A stretch of DNA of 64,000 bases, from the NCBI RefSeq assembly GCF_964213995.1, contig NC_135801.1:29078001-29142000 (forward strand), read 5' to 3'. The notes under the pieces are model-generated. The model had not been told where the DNA came from, ran no database searches, and saw only the letters and a program-made list of their open reading frames with translations. Shown here piece by piece: positions 25,229-38,989 of the stretch (within the stretch, counting starts at the first letter, position 1; every line of letters starts with the position of its first letter). The DNA is from Mustelus asterias. Taxonomy: Eukaryota. The position numbers and the translations under genes are program-made.

Positions 25229-27891
25229 CTGCCGATCAGGGATAGTGTCACAGCTGTAGGGAAGGTGGACGCCGTGGAGGGGTTGTCTACGGAGTCTCTG
25301 TGGGTGGAAGTTCGGAGCGGGAAGTGGTCGATAACTTTGCTGGGTGTTTTCTATAGGCCACCCAATAGTATCAGGGCTGTTGAGGAGCAGATAGGGAAAT
25401 AGATCCTGGAGAGATGTAGTAATAACAGGGTTGTCGTGATGGGAGACTTTAATTTCCCAAACATCGATTGGAATATCCCTAGGGTAAGGGGTTTGGATGG
25501 GAAGGAGTTTGTGAGGTGTGTTCAGGAGGGTTTCCTGACACAGCATGTGGATAAACCTACAAGAGGAGAGGCTGTACTCGATCTGGTACTGGCTAATGAG
25601 CCTGGACAGGTGTCGGATCTCTCAGTGGGGGAGCATCTTGGGGATAGTGATCATAACTCTATCTCCTTTACGCTAACATTGGAAAGAGATAGGATCAGGC
25701 AAGCTAGGAAAGTGTTTATCTGGAGTAAGGGGAAATATGAAGCCATCAGGCAGGAGATTAGAGGCGTAAATTGGAAGGAGGTATTCTCGAGGGAAAGTAC
25801 TGTTTCAGATTTTCAAGGATTGTTTGTCTGGAGTTCTACATGACAATGTTCTGATGAGACAGGGAGGTTTTGGTAGGTTACGGGAACAGTGGTGCACGAA
25901 AGCTGTGCTGAACCTAGTCAAAAGGAAAAGGAAAGCGTACAATAGGTTCAGAGAGCTAGGCGATGATGGGGGTCTAGATGAGTATACGGCTTGTAGGAAG
26001 GGACTTAAGAAGGAAATTAGGAGAGCCAGAAGGGGTCACGAGAAGGCCTTAGCAGGTAAGATTAAGGAGAATCTTAAGGCATTCTATAAATATGTGAAGG
26101 GTAAAAGGATGAGATGTGAAGGAATAGAACCTATAAAATGTGAAGGTGAGAAAGTCTGTACGGAACCGGAAGAAATAGCAGAGGTGCTTAATGAATACTT
26201 TACCTCGGTATTCACGGTGGAAAAAGACCTGGGTGGTTGTACTACAGGATTGCGGCGGACTGAGAAGATTGAGTTTGTTGACATTAAGAAAGATGTGTTG
26301 GAAATTTTGAATAGCATCAAGATAGATAAGTCGCCGGAACCGGATGGGATGTACCCCAGGTTACGGTGGGAGGCGAGGGAAGAGATTGCAGAGCCTCTGG
26401 CGATGATCTTTGCGTCGTCAATGGAGACGGGAGAGGTTCCGGAGGACTGGAGGATTGCAGATGTGGTTCCCATATTCAAGAAAGGGAATAGGGATAGCCC
26501 AGGAAATTACCGACCGGTGAGTCTAACCTCAGTGGTTGGTAAGTTGATGGAGAAGATCCTGAGGGACAGGATTTATGAACATTTAGAGAAGTTTAGTATG
26601 CTCAAAAGTAGTCAGCACAGCTTTGTCAAAGGCAAATCGTGCCTTACAAGCCTGGTGGAATTCTTTGAAAATGTGACTAAACACGTTGATGAAGGAAAAG
26701 CGGTAGATGTGGTTTACATGGACTTCAGCAAGGCGTTCGATAAGGTCCCCCATGCAAGACTTCTCGAGAAAGTGAGAGGGCATGGGATCCAAGGGGCTGT
26801 TGCCTTGTGGATCCAGAACTGGCTTGCCTGCAGAAGGCAGAGAGTGGTTGTCGATGGGTCTTTTTCTGAATGGAGGTCGGTCAGCAGTGGAGTGCCCCAG
26901 AGATCTGTTCTGGGACCCTTGCTGTTTGTCATTTTCATAAATGACCTGGATGAGAGGTGGAGGGATGGGTGGGTAAGTTTGCCGACAACACGAAGGTTGG
27001 TGGTGTTGTGGATAGTTTGGAGGGATGTCAGAAGTTGCAGCGTGACATAGATAGGATGCAAGACTGGGCGGAGAGGTGGCAGATGGACTTCAACCCGGAT
27101 AAATGTGTAGTGGTACATTTTGGCAGGTCAAATGGGATGAAGGAGTATAATATCAAGGGTAAGACTCTTAGCAGTGTAGAGGATCAGAAGGACCTAGGGG
27201 TCCGGGTCCATAGGACTCTTAAATCGACCTCGCAGGTAGAGGAGGTGGTTAAGAAGGCGTATGGTGTGCTGGCCTTCATCAATCGAGGGATTGAGTTTAG
27301 GAGTCGGGAGATAATGATGCAGCTATATAAGACCCTCGTCAGACCCCACTTAGAGTACTGTGCTCAGTTCTGGTTGCCTCATTACAGGAAGGATGTAGAA
27401 ATTATTGAAAGGGTGCAGAGAAGATTTACAAGGATGTTGCCTGGATTGGGTGGCATGCCTTATGAGGATAGGTTGAGGGAGCTCGGTCTTTTCTCCTTGG
27501 AGAGACGAAGGATGAGAGGTGACCTGATAGAGGTGTACAAGATGTTGAGAGGTATAGATCGGGTGGATTCTCAGAGGCTTTTTCCCAGGGCTGAAATGGC
27601 TGCTACGAGAGGACACAGGTTTAAGGTGCTGGGGAGTAGGTACAGAGGCGATGTCAGGGGTAAATTTTTCACTCAGAGGGTGGTGGGTGAGTGGAATCGG
27701 CTGCCATCAATGGTGGTGGAGGCAAACTCGATAGGGTCTTTTAAGAGATTTCTGGATGAGTTCATGGGACTTAATAGGATTGAGGGTTATAGGTAAGCCT
27801 ATATATAGGCCTAGGTAGGTAGGGACATGACCGGTGCAACTTGTGGGCCGAAGGGCCTGTTTGTGCTGTCGTTTTTCTGTGTTCTATGTTC
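24677..27891 (+). mobile_element. Long CR1-clade LINE: end of ORF1 (SGNH esterase), nearly complete but frameshifted ORF2 (APE + RT), 3' tail
   Basis: ORF1 end FLDHWDLF...KKDGWHLNPRGTNIL (DxxH block). APE motifs YFNARS, VAITETW, FYRPP, MGDFNFP, LDLVL, SDHN. RT in ORFs 25824..27050 and 26957..27796. Tail ttctgtgttctatgttc. Direct repeat taactc at 24671-24676 and 27892-27897. Inserted in an L2-like relic (~24490-24676 and ~27898-28000). Confidence 0.95.
25155..25223 (+). repeat. (G)n(GA)n compound microsatellite inside the CR1 endonuclease region
   Basis: Poly-G run followed by a ~55-nt GA repeat. Confidence 0.95.
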
Positions 27892-30279
27892 TAACTCCTA
27901 ATATTGCATTTTGATTCAAAATTGCTTATTCCTTACATCTACACGAAGTGTCTTGGGACCTTTTCTACATTAAAAGCACCAACAAAATGCAAGATGTTGT
28001 AATAGTCTGTGGTTTGACTAAGTTTGGAACCAAATAATCTGATTTAACTGAGGACAAGGGCCACCAGGCTGTCGTGTTTTTCACTTTATGGAATCCCAAG
28101 ATTCTACTTGAGGTCAGATGCAGCCTCTGAATCCTGGAAACATAGCCATAATTTTCAAACTTGGTTCTGCTTACTCTTTCATTTCATGCTTTCTTGTTTG
28201 TCATATATGTGGCTTGAAGATTTCCAGAGTTACTGCTATATTGATGGAGAAATTCAAAATCAGACACCAAAATTGGTTTATGTCAGTAGACCGAGATAAA
28301 GGCAAGTTAAATGAGAATGCAAACTTAAATTCCATGGTCTTGCTCAGCTAGGGGAAGTCAGGCAGACGTGTGCTTTCATCTGGCCATGAGATGGCCCACC
28401 CAACCCCAGCTGCAATTTGGGCTCTGGGGACATTATCATATTGGAGACAGACTTCCTGGCTTCTACAATGGAAACAACAGAAAATGTGCTGAATGGCTCA
28501 TAGCTGCAGGGAGATAAACCCACAGAATTGTAAAAAAATTCAAAACCTTACTTTTCCTTGGCTCCAGTGTTTTCTTAGCTGTTCTTTTGCAAAAACCTTT
28601 AGAGCACTCCCATGGACAGTCCCCTTGTTCGGGTATGTAACATACAGTACAGTATATTGCATCATTTGACTTGCTAGTTTGATGAGGAGTGTTTTATATG
28701 TCTATCCATCATTAATTGTGCAAGCCTGAATTCATTCCTTATACAATTATATAATCTTGTATGATTGTGATGACTCAAGTGCTTTGAGAAGCATGTATTT
28801 TCTTTTTGTGCAATGTCGCTTTAAGTCCAAAGTGAGCTGGGGAGTATTCTGAAAGATGGTCAATTGCTTTCCTGATTATGACATAATTAAGTTCCAAGAA
28901 ACACCCATTTGACATAAGGCTGCCATGGGGATGTAGAGCTAAGAAGCAAAGGATAAATAGAAAGCTAATTGCAGCTGGGTTGGATCAGCCAGTCCTTTCT
29001 GTTTCACAGTTCAGAACACTGAGAATTTGTATAAAGAGAAAATAAGCAATGTTCTCTCTGAACAGAACAGTTTTCTGTTTGACAGTCTTAAAACAGATCC
29101 TGGTGTTAAAGCAGATCTCTGAGAACAGACCAGAGTCTGCGTTACCATGCATGTTATCCAGCTGTAACAAACAGTGGCAGACTAAGGACAAGAGATTGTG
29201 GATTCCTCTTGCCTCAGTGTTGCTAGAGAAGGGAGTCTTTGGGGATTCTGTGCCATCAGAACTGTCAAGACCTGAATGAGAAGGTTCGTAGACATGTGTC
29301 TTGTCATTGTTAACCATGTCCAGGGGCTTTGGATGGAATGTGGCTGCTGTTGAATGCAACTCAAGGAGTGAAACAATTGAGTAGAATGCAAGAGATCCTA
29401 CACAGAGGCCGAGTAGGTAGCAATACAAATACTTGTGGCATATCTTTGTTGTATCAATCATTAAAAATAAAATTTACCTCTTTATTCGGAATATCCTTCA
29501 CCTGTTAATGCTCGAATTATGTAAACTTTAGCTGGCATGTTACAGTAAAAGTTTTAAAAAGTAAAATCTTGTCCACCAGTTTTCTTTGTGTTGGCATTTG
29601 GTGAGGGGGGGGCGAGAGATTCTTTTCTTTTTTATTAAGTTCTCTGTCGTTATGGGGATTATAACATAATGGAGCAGTTATACATATAAGGTGAATAAAA
29701 CACAGTAAAACTCTAATAAATGTCAACCCTTAACAAGGGGCACACAGGATACAAAACTCAAGCCAGCATTTTCTGCTTTAGAGAAAAGCCAAAGTGGCAC
29801 TTCCCAGATCAGCATAATTAGGAATTTTGCCATAAGTCTGCCAAAGTTATTGTGTGTGTGTGTCAGAGCTCAGTGTGTTGTGGAATAGAAAACTGTCACT
29901 GGCTGTCCTATGGCATCTGCTTTAGTAGAACAGGGGTGCCTCTGAGACATCTGTAAAGCAGACTAGGAGCTAGAATTATTGCAGCCTGTTACAGTGGGAA
30001 CCAAGTCAGCTGGGCCCATTTAACTGTGGGAGAGGTCCTGCGTCAGTCTCCCAGCAGTAGTAAAACCTCCCTCAATTAAGTCATTGGTTTACTTTGTTTG
30101 CTAATGTTGGCAGAATAAAATTGAGATACAGAGGTTTTTCCACTTGCTGCTATTCCTCACAATAAGCTGGGGTAGAGGAATAAAGGAATCCTGGAATACA
30201 AGTACACCAGCCAATAAAAGTTGTGCCACATGTTAGCAATGCCATGAGAAAAGGAAACCAAGTTGCGCTTTGTTTTTAA

Positions 30280-30840
30280 GAGAGATCTATCATTGAAAGG
30301 AAGGAAAGCTGTACTAAACCTGGATCGAACCTTGGGCATAATCGCCTTACTGTAACAAAGATATAGAGATACTGGAGAAGGTGCAAAGTGAATTTACAAG
30401 GATGATACCAGAAATATATTTCAGGAAAAGATGAACAGGTTGTGTCTCTTTTTTCTTGAAAAGGGCGGCTGTGGGGTGACCTAATTGAGATCTTTTAAAA
30501 TTATAAAAGATTTCAATTGAGTGGATACAGAGAGGATGTCCAACTTGTGGTGAACAGCACAACCAAAGGCCATCAATGTAAGATAGTCAACAAAAAATAC
30601 AATAGAGATTTCAGGAGAAACCTCTTTGCCCAAAGTCATGAGAATGTGGAACTCATTGCTACTGGAATATCTGAAGTGATTCATACAATATGCATTTTAG
30701 GGAGATTAGGCAAGCATATGATGGAGAAGGAAGTTGAGGGTTATGATTTAGATGAGGGAAAATGGGGGTGGGGGGATTTGGAGTCCCATATTCACATTGG
30801 CACGTAATGGTGGGCCAATTGGTCTGTGTCTGTACCATAT
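30280..30840 (+). mobile_element. Old CR1 3' fragment
   Basis: ctggagaaggtgcaaagtgaatttacaaggatgatacca...ggggtgacctaattgagatctttt...aggagaaacctctttgcccaa. Confidence 0.75.
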
Positions 30841-32202
30841 ATCCTAGTTATCCGCATTCTCCAAATCCTCCACCATGTGCAACTGTGCTTATGTGAACAG
30901 CATAAAAATGTGATTTATACTTTTAGATTAGACTTCCTCTTTACATGCAGGTTGTCATTCTGAATGAATAGATTAATTTACAGGTTACAGCTAAATTTTA
31001 AAAAAGCAAAAGATTAGGGCTATATACCTAAAAGACCTAATTTGCTTTGAGAAAGACATGGACCACACAAACTCATTTTTATGCAGGCTATTAAAGGTTA
31101 AAAAAAGGACGTTGGCTTTATGATTAACAGGTCTATTCAACATCACAAAATCAAACAATTTGATATGATGCTCAGATTTTGTTTTACCTATGAAAGCAGC
31201 ATTTTTGTTTCCTCTTTCTGCTAGTTATGAACTGAAATGAGCTAAATTGACAATATTATTCCAAAAAGCCGGACAGGTGGGTAATCCAGGAGGCAGAGGA
31301 ATTCATACTTTTGCAGCAATTAGTGGGAAAATACTTCATTATGGTTAGATAGTAGGAGTTTCATTCTGGGCTTCTATTGTTGCTATATGTTGGCACTTGA
31401 TGCCCAAAGTGAAGAATTTGCTGCCAAGAATGAAAACAAAGACAAAAAATATTTATAGAAGACTAACTGCTCATCATATGTTAGTATTTATTTGGTCATT
31501 AATTAGTATTAATATTAACCAAGTATATTTCTACAGCTACGTTTTTCTGAGAAACATCAATTATTTTCAAAACTCTGCCAAATGTTTACACATCACCAGA
31601 GTGTGCCAGTAAAACAGCCAATACAAATTTGAAGCATAAGCCATTCTGAAATCTAATGCTAATCAAATACATTTGACATCAGAGGGTTTGTACAACACTT
31701 TTGTTTCAATGTGTGCAAACATTGGCATTATTTCCTCTAACCTATGTCATTGCAGCTTGGTGTAACATCACACCACTCAATTTCACTGTAACGTTAGGCC
31801 ATCTGACCATTTGTGCCTTAATGTCCTGATGGCATCTACAGCAACTTAAAGCAATCCAAATGTTACACATGCTGGTTAGCTAAGAAACACATGCACATCA
31901 ACAATGTGTATTTACATTACACAATTATTGTAATAAAACATCCCAAAGTGTCACAGAGACATTATAATACAAAATGTGATACCTAGCCACATAAGGAGAT
32001 ATTTGGCAGGAGATCAAAAGCTTTGTAAAAATAAAGTAGGTTTTAATGTGTGTCTTAAAGGAGGAAAGTAGAAGTTGAAATATTTTAAAAATATCAAAGC
32101 CTTTAAGAATTTTATCAATTTAGAAACTGGACATTCAACAAATGCATGTTTCTCGTGTACATTCATCCCAGAGAATACTTTCTTCTTTCACACTGCAGGA
32201 TT

Positions 32203-32509
32203 TCATAGAATCATAGAATCCTACAATGCAGAAGGAGGCCATTCGGCCCATTGAGTCTGCACCGACCACAATCCCATCCAGACCCTATCCCCACAACCCC
32301 ATGCATTGCCCCTCTGACAGAAAGGGGCAATTCAACATGGCCGATCCACCTAACCCGCACATCTTTGGACTGTGGGAGGAAACCGGAGTACCCGGAGGAA
32401 ACCCACGCAGACATGGGGCGGATATGCAAACTCCAACACAGACAGTGACCCAAACCGGGATCAAACCCAGGTCCCTGGCGCTGTGAGGCAGCAGTGCTAA
32501 CCATGCCGC
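32203..32509 (-). mobile_element. HE1/V-type SINE with CR1-like tail
   Basis: Head, core and tail all match the other copies. Confidence 0.9.
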
Positions 32510-34839
32510 AATATCTGTAGAAATGAATCCTATTTATTTAACTTTTTTAGTTAATCTATTTGATTAATTAATCTATTTGAAAACGGTGGACAGGAAAAGA
32601 TCAGCTCGGCCATCAATAAATAATGAGACAGGGAAATTTCCTATGTGCAATAAAGGAAGAAAGGGACAAAGGAAACATCGGAGCAGGTAACATAATTCTA
32701 TAGTGGAGCGCATTTCCTTCTTGCTTTGCTTCATTGAATTTTATGGGTCTTAAGTGCCAACTTTCACAATCACATGCAGCATAATGCATTCTCCAAATAC
32801 AAGAGAAGACATTTATTTCACATTTTCTGCTCATCTAACATCTTTTTCATTCAAGTTATGAAAGGAGTGACCATTTCCTCCGCAGATAATCCAATGTTTG
32901 CTAGAACAAAGAATTAATACACAGCGCTAATGCGCACTTCCCCAGGTTGGTTGCATGTCAAACTGTGAATAAATTACACAACGAACTTTTGGGATAATTT
33001 GGAGGCTGATGTGTAATTTGAAGGCCAATTTCTGGACCAGTTGAAAAGAGATTTGTTCTAATTGCTCTGTACACAGCTAGTATTAAGTTCTTTAGAATGC
33101 AGTTAAAATAATAACCTTTGAAAAAATATATATAAATATTGGTATACATAGCAGATAGTATTTTACTTTTAAGTACTGCCAGCTTAAGTACCTGTCCTTT
33201 ATCATTTTTTATCCCATCTAATATTGCTAATGTTGCTGCAGGGTCTATTAAGTCTGCTGGTAAGGATCTTGTGTGAAGTTAAGGAGATATAAACATGGTG
33301 AACAGTTGAAGAGGCAGTCAGAGAAGGATACAAAGAAAAAATGAGTAATATAAATGTATTCTCTGTAAAGAAAATGTCTGTTTTGATCAGATGGCCAAAG
33401 TTACAAAAGCTGATTAAATGGTACCACATAAAAATCAATCTTATCTAATGCAGTAATGTTTAGTTCCCAGTCATTCCTTTGTTTTTTATAACCATTTCAT
33501 AAATTTAGAGCCAAGCAGTCAATTTAGGAAGCTTGATTTCGAGCAGAGAGGATCAAATGCTGTAGATTACCACAACGAATTTCAAACTTCTACAGACCAG
33601 ACTAGAGGGGGAAAAGGATTGATCGAAAAATTGTACTCAGAAGTTAAGTGATTTTTAAATTTTTACACACTTAAAATCAAATATTACTCCAGCAAAATAA
33701 TTGCAACAAGTCATTCAACTATAGGGGTAACAGTGTGATGTTTCTCATTAACACAGCTTTATGCTTTCAAGTTATACAGGTTTCAAATTTAATACATATT
33801 AAATTGTGGAATGTGCAATTATCCCAAGTGAACATATGTCAGCGAGTGAAGTGTATTTTACTCAATATATTATAGCTTAAATAGTTTAGCAATTTTCTTT
33901 CAAATGTGAAGGGCACTGTGGTAGCACACATGACTTCATATGAAGCATAGGTTGTTGCAACACATGGACACAGCTGGCTGCCTGCTTGGAGTGTGTCAAG
34001 TCAGTTGGGGGCCTGTCAAGGCGCGATAATGGGACACTGTTTGGGTCTCCTACTATGATCAACATGATTCCCTCCATATGGATGGGGCAATTGTGCAGAG
34101 CTGTACCGCAGAATTTGGAATAGTTTGTGGTGGGAAGGCAGCTACTTAACAGCGTAACCAGCTGTGCTATTAACATATTCGAGGTCAGGATGGAATTTCT
34201 TCTGTGATGAAAGATTGTTGATTAGATTAGCAACGTTTCTGCTTTCAAAAAGAGAATGAGGCAGCCAACTAGTGAGCTTTTTGCATGTTTTCTGAGGTTA
34301 CAGCAGATTTCTCATAGAAAGGATTTGCTTTTAAGGCAAGTCAGGATTTCAAGAAACTGATTTGCAATAGTTAACATTTATCACGTTGTTAATGGGATAT
34401 TTAGACTGGAATGAATAAGTCTTAACTTCAATGGCAAGTTTAGTTTGTAATAACTGAGCAAGTATAACAACTTCATGCAGTCAATGCATTTCAGGCAGAC
34501 AAGCACTATTTTCACAAAGCTAATGGCCGAGCAGCACAACTCACTCAGCAACCTCTGGATATTTGACCTTAAACGTGCATCAGCCCCTCACATGGAGCCG
34601 ACGTAAAATGTACAGATAAATAAGGACAAGTCCCATTAGTCTCACCATTTATTTGACAAGAATCTCAGTGCTCAGTGGTGGCTATGGTTCTGAATGTTGC
34701 AGGGGCAACATCCCAAGAATGAGAGAGCAGGATTATAATTGGCTGTTTCAAAAGATTTCTTTTTTTTTGTCCTTTCCCTATCTTTCTGCTCTATTCTGCA
34801 GGCTGAGCTCCTTACTTGACTAGGGTGTTTCACTGGTTG

Positions 34840-35760
34840 AACCATAGAAGCATATAGCACAAGAAATGTTGTGACAATGCAAAGGTCCTTGCTGGAAATA
34901 ATTAATATTGATCTCCAAAACCCACTAGCTTCAAGTATTTACCACATTTTCTCTTAGAAGTTAAAACTGTCCATGTTCAACCAGTTCCTATAACAAAGCA
35001 ATGTATGACTCACCGACTAGATGCATAAAGACATTTCTGCTAACCTCTCTTTTCAAAATCCTAATGAGAATTTTAAATTAGACCTTTATTACTGACTTCC
35101 CTGGTTCACCATCAACCCTAAAATAGAAATCAAACCATCGTTTTAAATTCATTTCTCTCAAACATTTTCACTCTAGTGAAGCTGGTCCCAATTTCTCAAG
35201 TTCCCTTATAATTAACATTTTCTATCAATGACATAATCCTATTGAATGCTAGACTCTATGGCTTTTAATAGCCTTTCTTAAGTGGCATGCAGTAGCGTGC
35301 TTTGTGTTTTAAATATTTTGTAAAAATATATAACCTTTTTATTCTTGTACATTCTGTCCCTATTTATAAAAGCCAAAAGGTGTTGCTGGTTTTTAAATAG
35401 CTTTACTTCCCTGCAGGTATACTTTCAGGGAATTAACTAACTTGCTGTCTCTGTTCATCACATCTTTCAAGTATAGACTATCATTTGTTTTATCTTTGAA
35501 AATGCACTACACCATAAGTATGTTTATTGAATAGCATCTGTTAACTATTTACCTATTCCTCTAATATATCTATACACTCATAAAGACTTTAGAGACCCTT
35601 CATTGTTTGCCAAGCCTGTTTTTGCACCCACTGACAAATTTCAAAATTATGTTGCCCTATAGCGAAGTGTAAATCAACTAAATACAAGATCAGTAATGTA
35701 CCTCACACTGATCTACGGAATACACACTCGCAACCTTCCTCTCATTTACCCAATCTTTTT
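34840..35760 (-). mobile_element. Very old CR1-like relic
   Basis: Decayed tail catagaagcatatagcacaagaa and scattered RT-like remnants (catctgttaactatttacctattcc, cactgacaaatttc). Confidence 0.4.
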
Positions 35761-36019
35761 GCTTATATAACTATCAGAGACTAAAACAGACTGTTCCTAA
35801 CCCTGATGCTATATCTGACCGAGATGAATATCAAACCACATTTCTGCACTAACAGTGGTGATTTCCACCTCTATAACATCACCCAACTTTCCTCTGTCTC
35901 AGTTCAGCTGCTGAAGAAACCCATTATTCATGCTTTGTTACTTCTACACTTGACTATTCTAACACAGGCCTGACTGAGGTCCCGCGTTCGAATTTCTGTA
36001 AACTTGAGGTCATCCAACA

Positions 36020-36830
36020 CTCCTAGTCCCAACCATCTTTAGCTGCCTCATCCATGACCTTCCTACATCATAAGGTCAGAAATGGGGATGTTTGCTGATA
36101 ATTGCACAATGTTCAGCACAATTCGTGACTCCTCAGATACCATGTCCAAATGCAGCATGACCTCGACATTATCCAGGCTTGGGCTGACAAGTAACATTCA
36201 TGCCATGAAAGTGCCAGGTAATGACCAGTCCCCCAAGAGAGAATCTAACCATCACCTTATGACATTGCCATCGCTGAATCACCCACTATCAACATTTTGG
36301 GCTTTACCATTAGCCAGAAACTGAACCAGGCTAGCCATATAAATACTGTGGGTATAAGAGCAGGTCATAGGCTGGGAATCCAATGGTGAGTAGCTCACCT
36401 CCTGACTCTCCAAAGCCTGCAAGGCACAGTTCAGATGGAATGGAATACTCTCCACTTGCCTAGAAAAGGGCAGTTCCAACAACACTCAAGAAGCTTGACA
36501 CCATCTAGGACAAAGCAGTCCACTTGATTGGCACCCCTTCCACAACATTCACTCCCTCCATCACTAATGAACAGTGCCCACCAACAAACAGTGGCAGCAA
36601 TGTGCTCTATCTACAAAATGCACAACAGGAACTCACCAAGGTTCCTTAGACAGCACCTACCAAACATCCTGACTTGGATATATATCATCATTCCTTCACT
36701 GTCATTGGGCCAAAATCCTAGAACTTCCTCCCTAACAGCACTGTGGGTGTATGGGATGCAGCAGTTCAAGAAAACATCTTTTTACCACTTTCTCAAGGAC
36801 AATTAGGGGTGGGCAATAAATGCTGGATTA
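36020..36830 (+). mobile_element. Distinct CR1/L2-superfamily LINE 3' fragment nested in an L2-like relic (~35815-36020 and ~36860-37305)
   Basis: PTIFSC...DLP...SEMGMFADNCTMF RT motif; homologous copy at 41985-42660. Confidence 0.7.
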
Positions 36831-37397
36831 GCACAACCTGTAAAAATTGATTTATAAACCCATGTTCTTACTTGCATCAAGTCCTGCTGCCCATCATGTC
36901 TGTGCTTGCTGGTCTACATTGGCTTACGGTCAAGCAATACCTTGATTTTAAAATTCTCATCCTTGCTTTCAAATCACTCCAGTGCCACAACTGCTCAAGA
37001 TATCTGCACATATAATTTTGGCTTCTTTGGGCACTCCCAATTTTAACTGCTTCACCATTAATGGCCATGCTTTCAGTTGCCTAAACCCTGAGCTAAGAAA
37101 TCCCTTCCCTATGCCTCACTGCCTCTCTACCTCTTTCCCTTCCTTGAAGACACTGCTTAAAACCAACCTCTTCAACCTTGCTTTTGGCCATCTGCACTAA
37201 TATTACCATATGTGGCTTAGTGTCTAATTTTGTTCTGTAATGCTCCTGTGAAATGACTTGAGGCATGTTATTTCATTAAAGATACGAGATAAATGTAAGT
37301 TGTTGATACTGTCTATATCTACTGACTTTCTATCCAAACTGCTATGTTTTCCTTTATGCCATACACCTATACTTAACTTGCAAGCCTTTTGAGATAA

Positions 37398-37763
37398 GGC
37401 GGCACGGTAGCACAGTGGCGGCACGGTAGCACAGTGGTTAGCACTGCTGCTTCACAGCTCCAGGGATCTGGGTTCGATTCCCGGCTTGGGTCACTGTCTG
37501 TGTGGAGTTTGCACATTCTCCTCGTGTCTGCGTGGGTTTCCTCCAGGTGCTCCGGTTTCCTCCCACAGTCCAAAGATGTGCGGGTTAGGTTGATTGGCCA
37601 TGCTAAAATTGCCCTTAGTGTCCTGAGATGCGTAGGTTAGAGGGATTAGTGGGTAAATATGTAGGGATATGGGGGTAGGGCCTGGGTGGGATTGTGGTCG
37701 GTGCAGACTCGATGGGCCGAATGGCCTCTTTCTGTACTGTAGGGTTTCTATGATTTCTTCTAT
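37398..37763 (+). mobile_element. Full-length young HE1/V-type SINE with duplicated 5' 19-mer
   Basis: ggcggcacggtagcacagt x2 (37398-37435); intact A/B boxes; CR1-like tail; gataa direct repeats at 37393-37397 and 37764-37768. Confidence 0.93.
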
Positions 37764-38437
37764 GATAACTTATGGAAAGCCATCTTAATTACCATTTACT
37801 GTATTTCCTTTATCTGTTCAGTGGCCACTTTTTTCAAAAACATGTTGTGGGTTTTGATCTCCAGTCCTTGCTGCATATTGCACTAAATTTGAGTCTCGAC
37901 GTGCTGCCCCATCTTTAGGTTTGGGGCCTCTTTTATGCTGGTTTTAATACTTGGCAGGCTCATTATAGGCAATGGAGAATATTAGTACTGAGGACTGGAG
38001 CCCTTTATAATGTGCTTTGGAAGAATGCCAACATCAGAAGAATTTTGTTCCATTCCACACATTACCATCCTCTTGGCTTGGGCTGAATTTTTTCAAATAA
38101 TGGAAAAACTACACCTACGTTGGGTGAACTAACATTGACATTATTTGCTCAACCTCCACCCTCTACATATAATTATCATTGTGGTGCACAAATTGGCAAA
38201 GAGATTCTGAAGATTACATGTTTTTGCTGACTTAGAACACTGCACTCTCTGTGCAACCAATGTACGTCTAATTGATAATAGTTTTGTGCTGTGATATAGG
38301 AGATTCAGTGAAGAACCTCGTGAAAAAGAGAGGCGGCAGAAACTGACATGCTGGATCTCACTCTGCTGTCCTTAAAACCTCTCTATAATTTAATGGGGGG
38401 GTCAACAATTATTAACCTTGTGACTACTAGGAAAAAA

Positions 38438-38750
38438 AAGTTAAAGTTAAAGTTTATTTATTTGCCACAAGTAGGCTTACATTAACACTGTAGTGAAGTT
38501 ACTGTGAAAATTCCCTAGTCACCACACTCCGGCGCCTGTTTGGATACACGGAGGGAGAATTTAACATGGCCAATCCACCTAACCAGCACGTCCTTGGACT
38601 GTGGGGGGAAACCGAACACCCAGAGGAAACCCACGCAGACATGGGGAGAACGTGCAAATTCCACACAGACAGTGACCCAAGCTGGGAATTGAACCCGGGT
38701 CCCTGGCGCTGTGAGCTAGCAGTGCTAATCACTGTGACACTGTGCTGCCC
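38438..38750 (-). mobile_element. HE1/V-type SINE, 'tail B' subfamily
   Basis: Tail aaagttaaagttaaagtttatttatttgccacaagtaggcttacattaacactg on the + strand; head at ~38700-38750. Confidence 0.88.
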
Positions 38751-38989
38751 CAAGCAATAGAAACATGGTGAAATACAACTAATGTACCAACAATACATTA
38801 ACCCAAGATTTACTGTCAAAGAAACGGTAAAGCTAAAAGCACTCACTACCATTTATTTGCAAATGCCACAGCAACTTCGCAAAGGCAGATGCATGATTAA
38901 ATACAGAAAAAGAACAGTTGCTGGCGGAGTCCCACTCTGCACTTGTGAAAATGGTATCTCATCTTAGGCTTCCCAATAAAGTATACCAT

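Noticed and set aside
28985-29461. 158-aa minus-strand ORF
   Set aside because: No domain similarity and no compatible splice sites identified; lies in a putative LTR-like segment.
37398-37490. tRNA genes
   Set aside because: The A/B-box sequences are SINE heads continuing into SINE core and tail; no complete cloverleaf.
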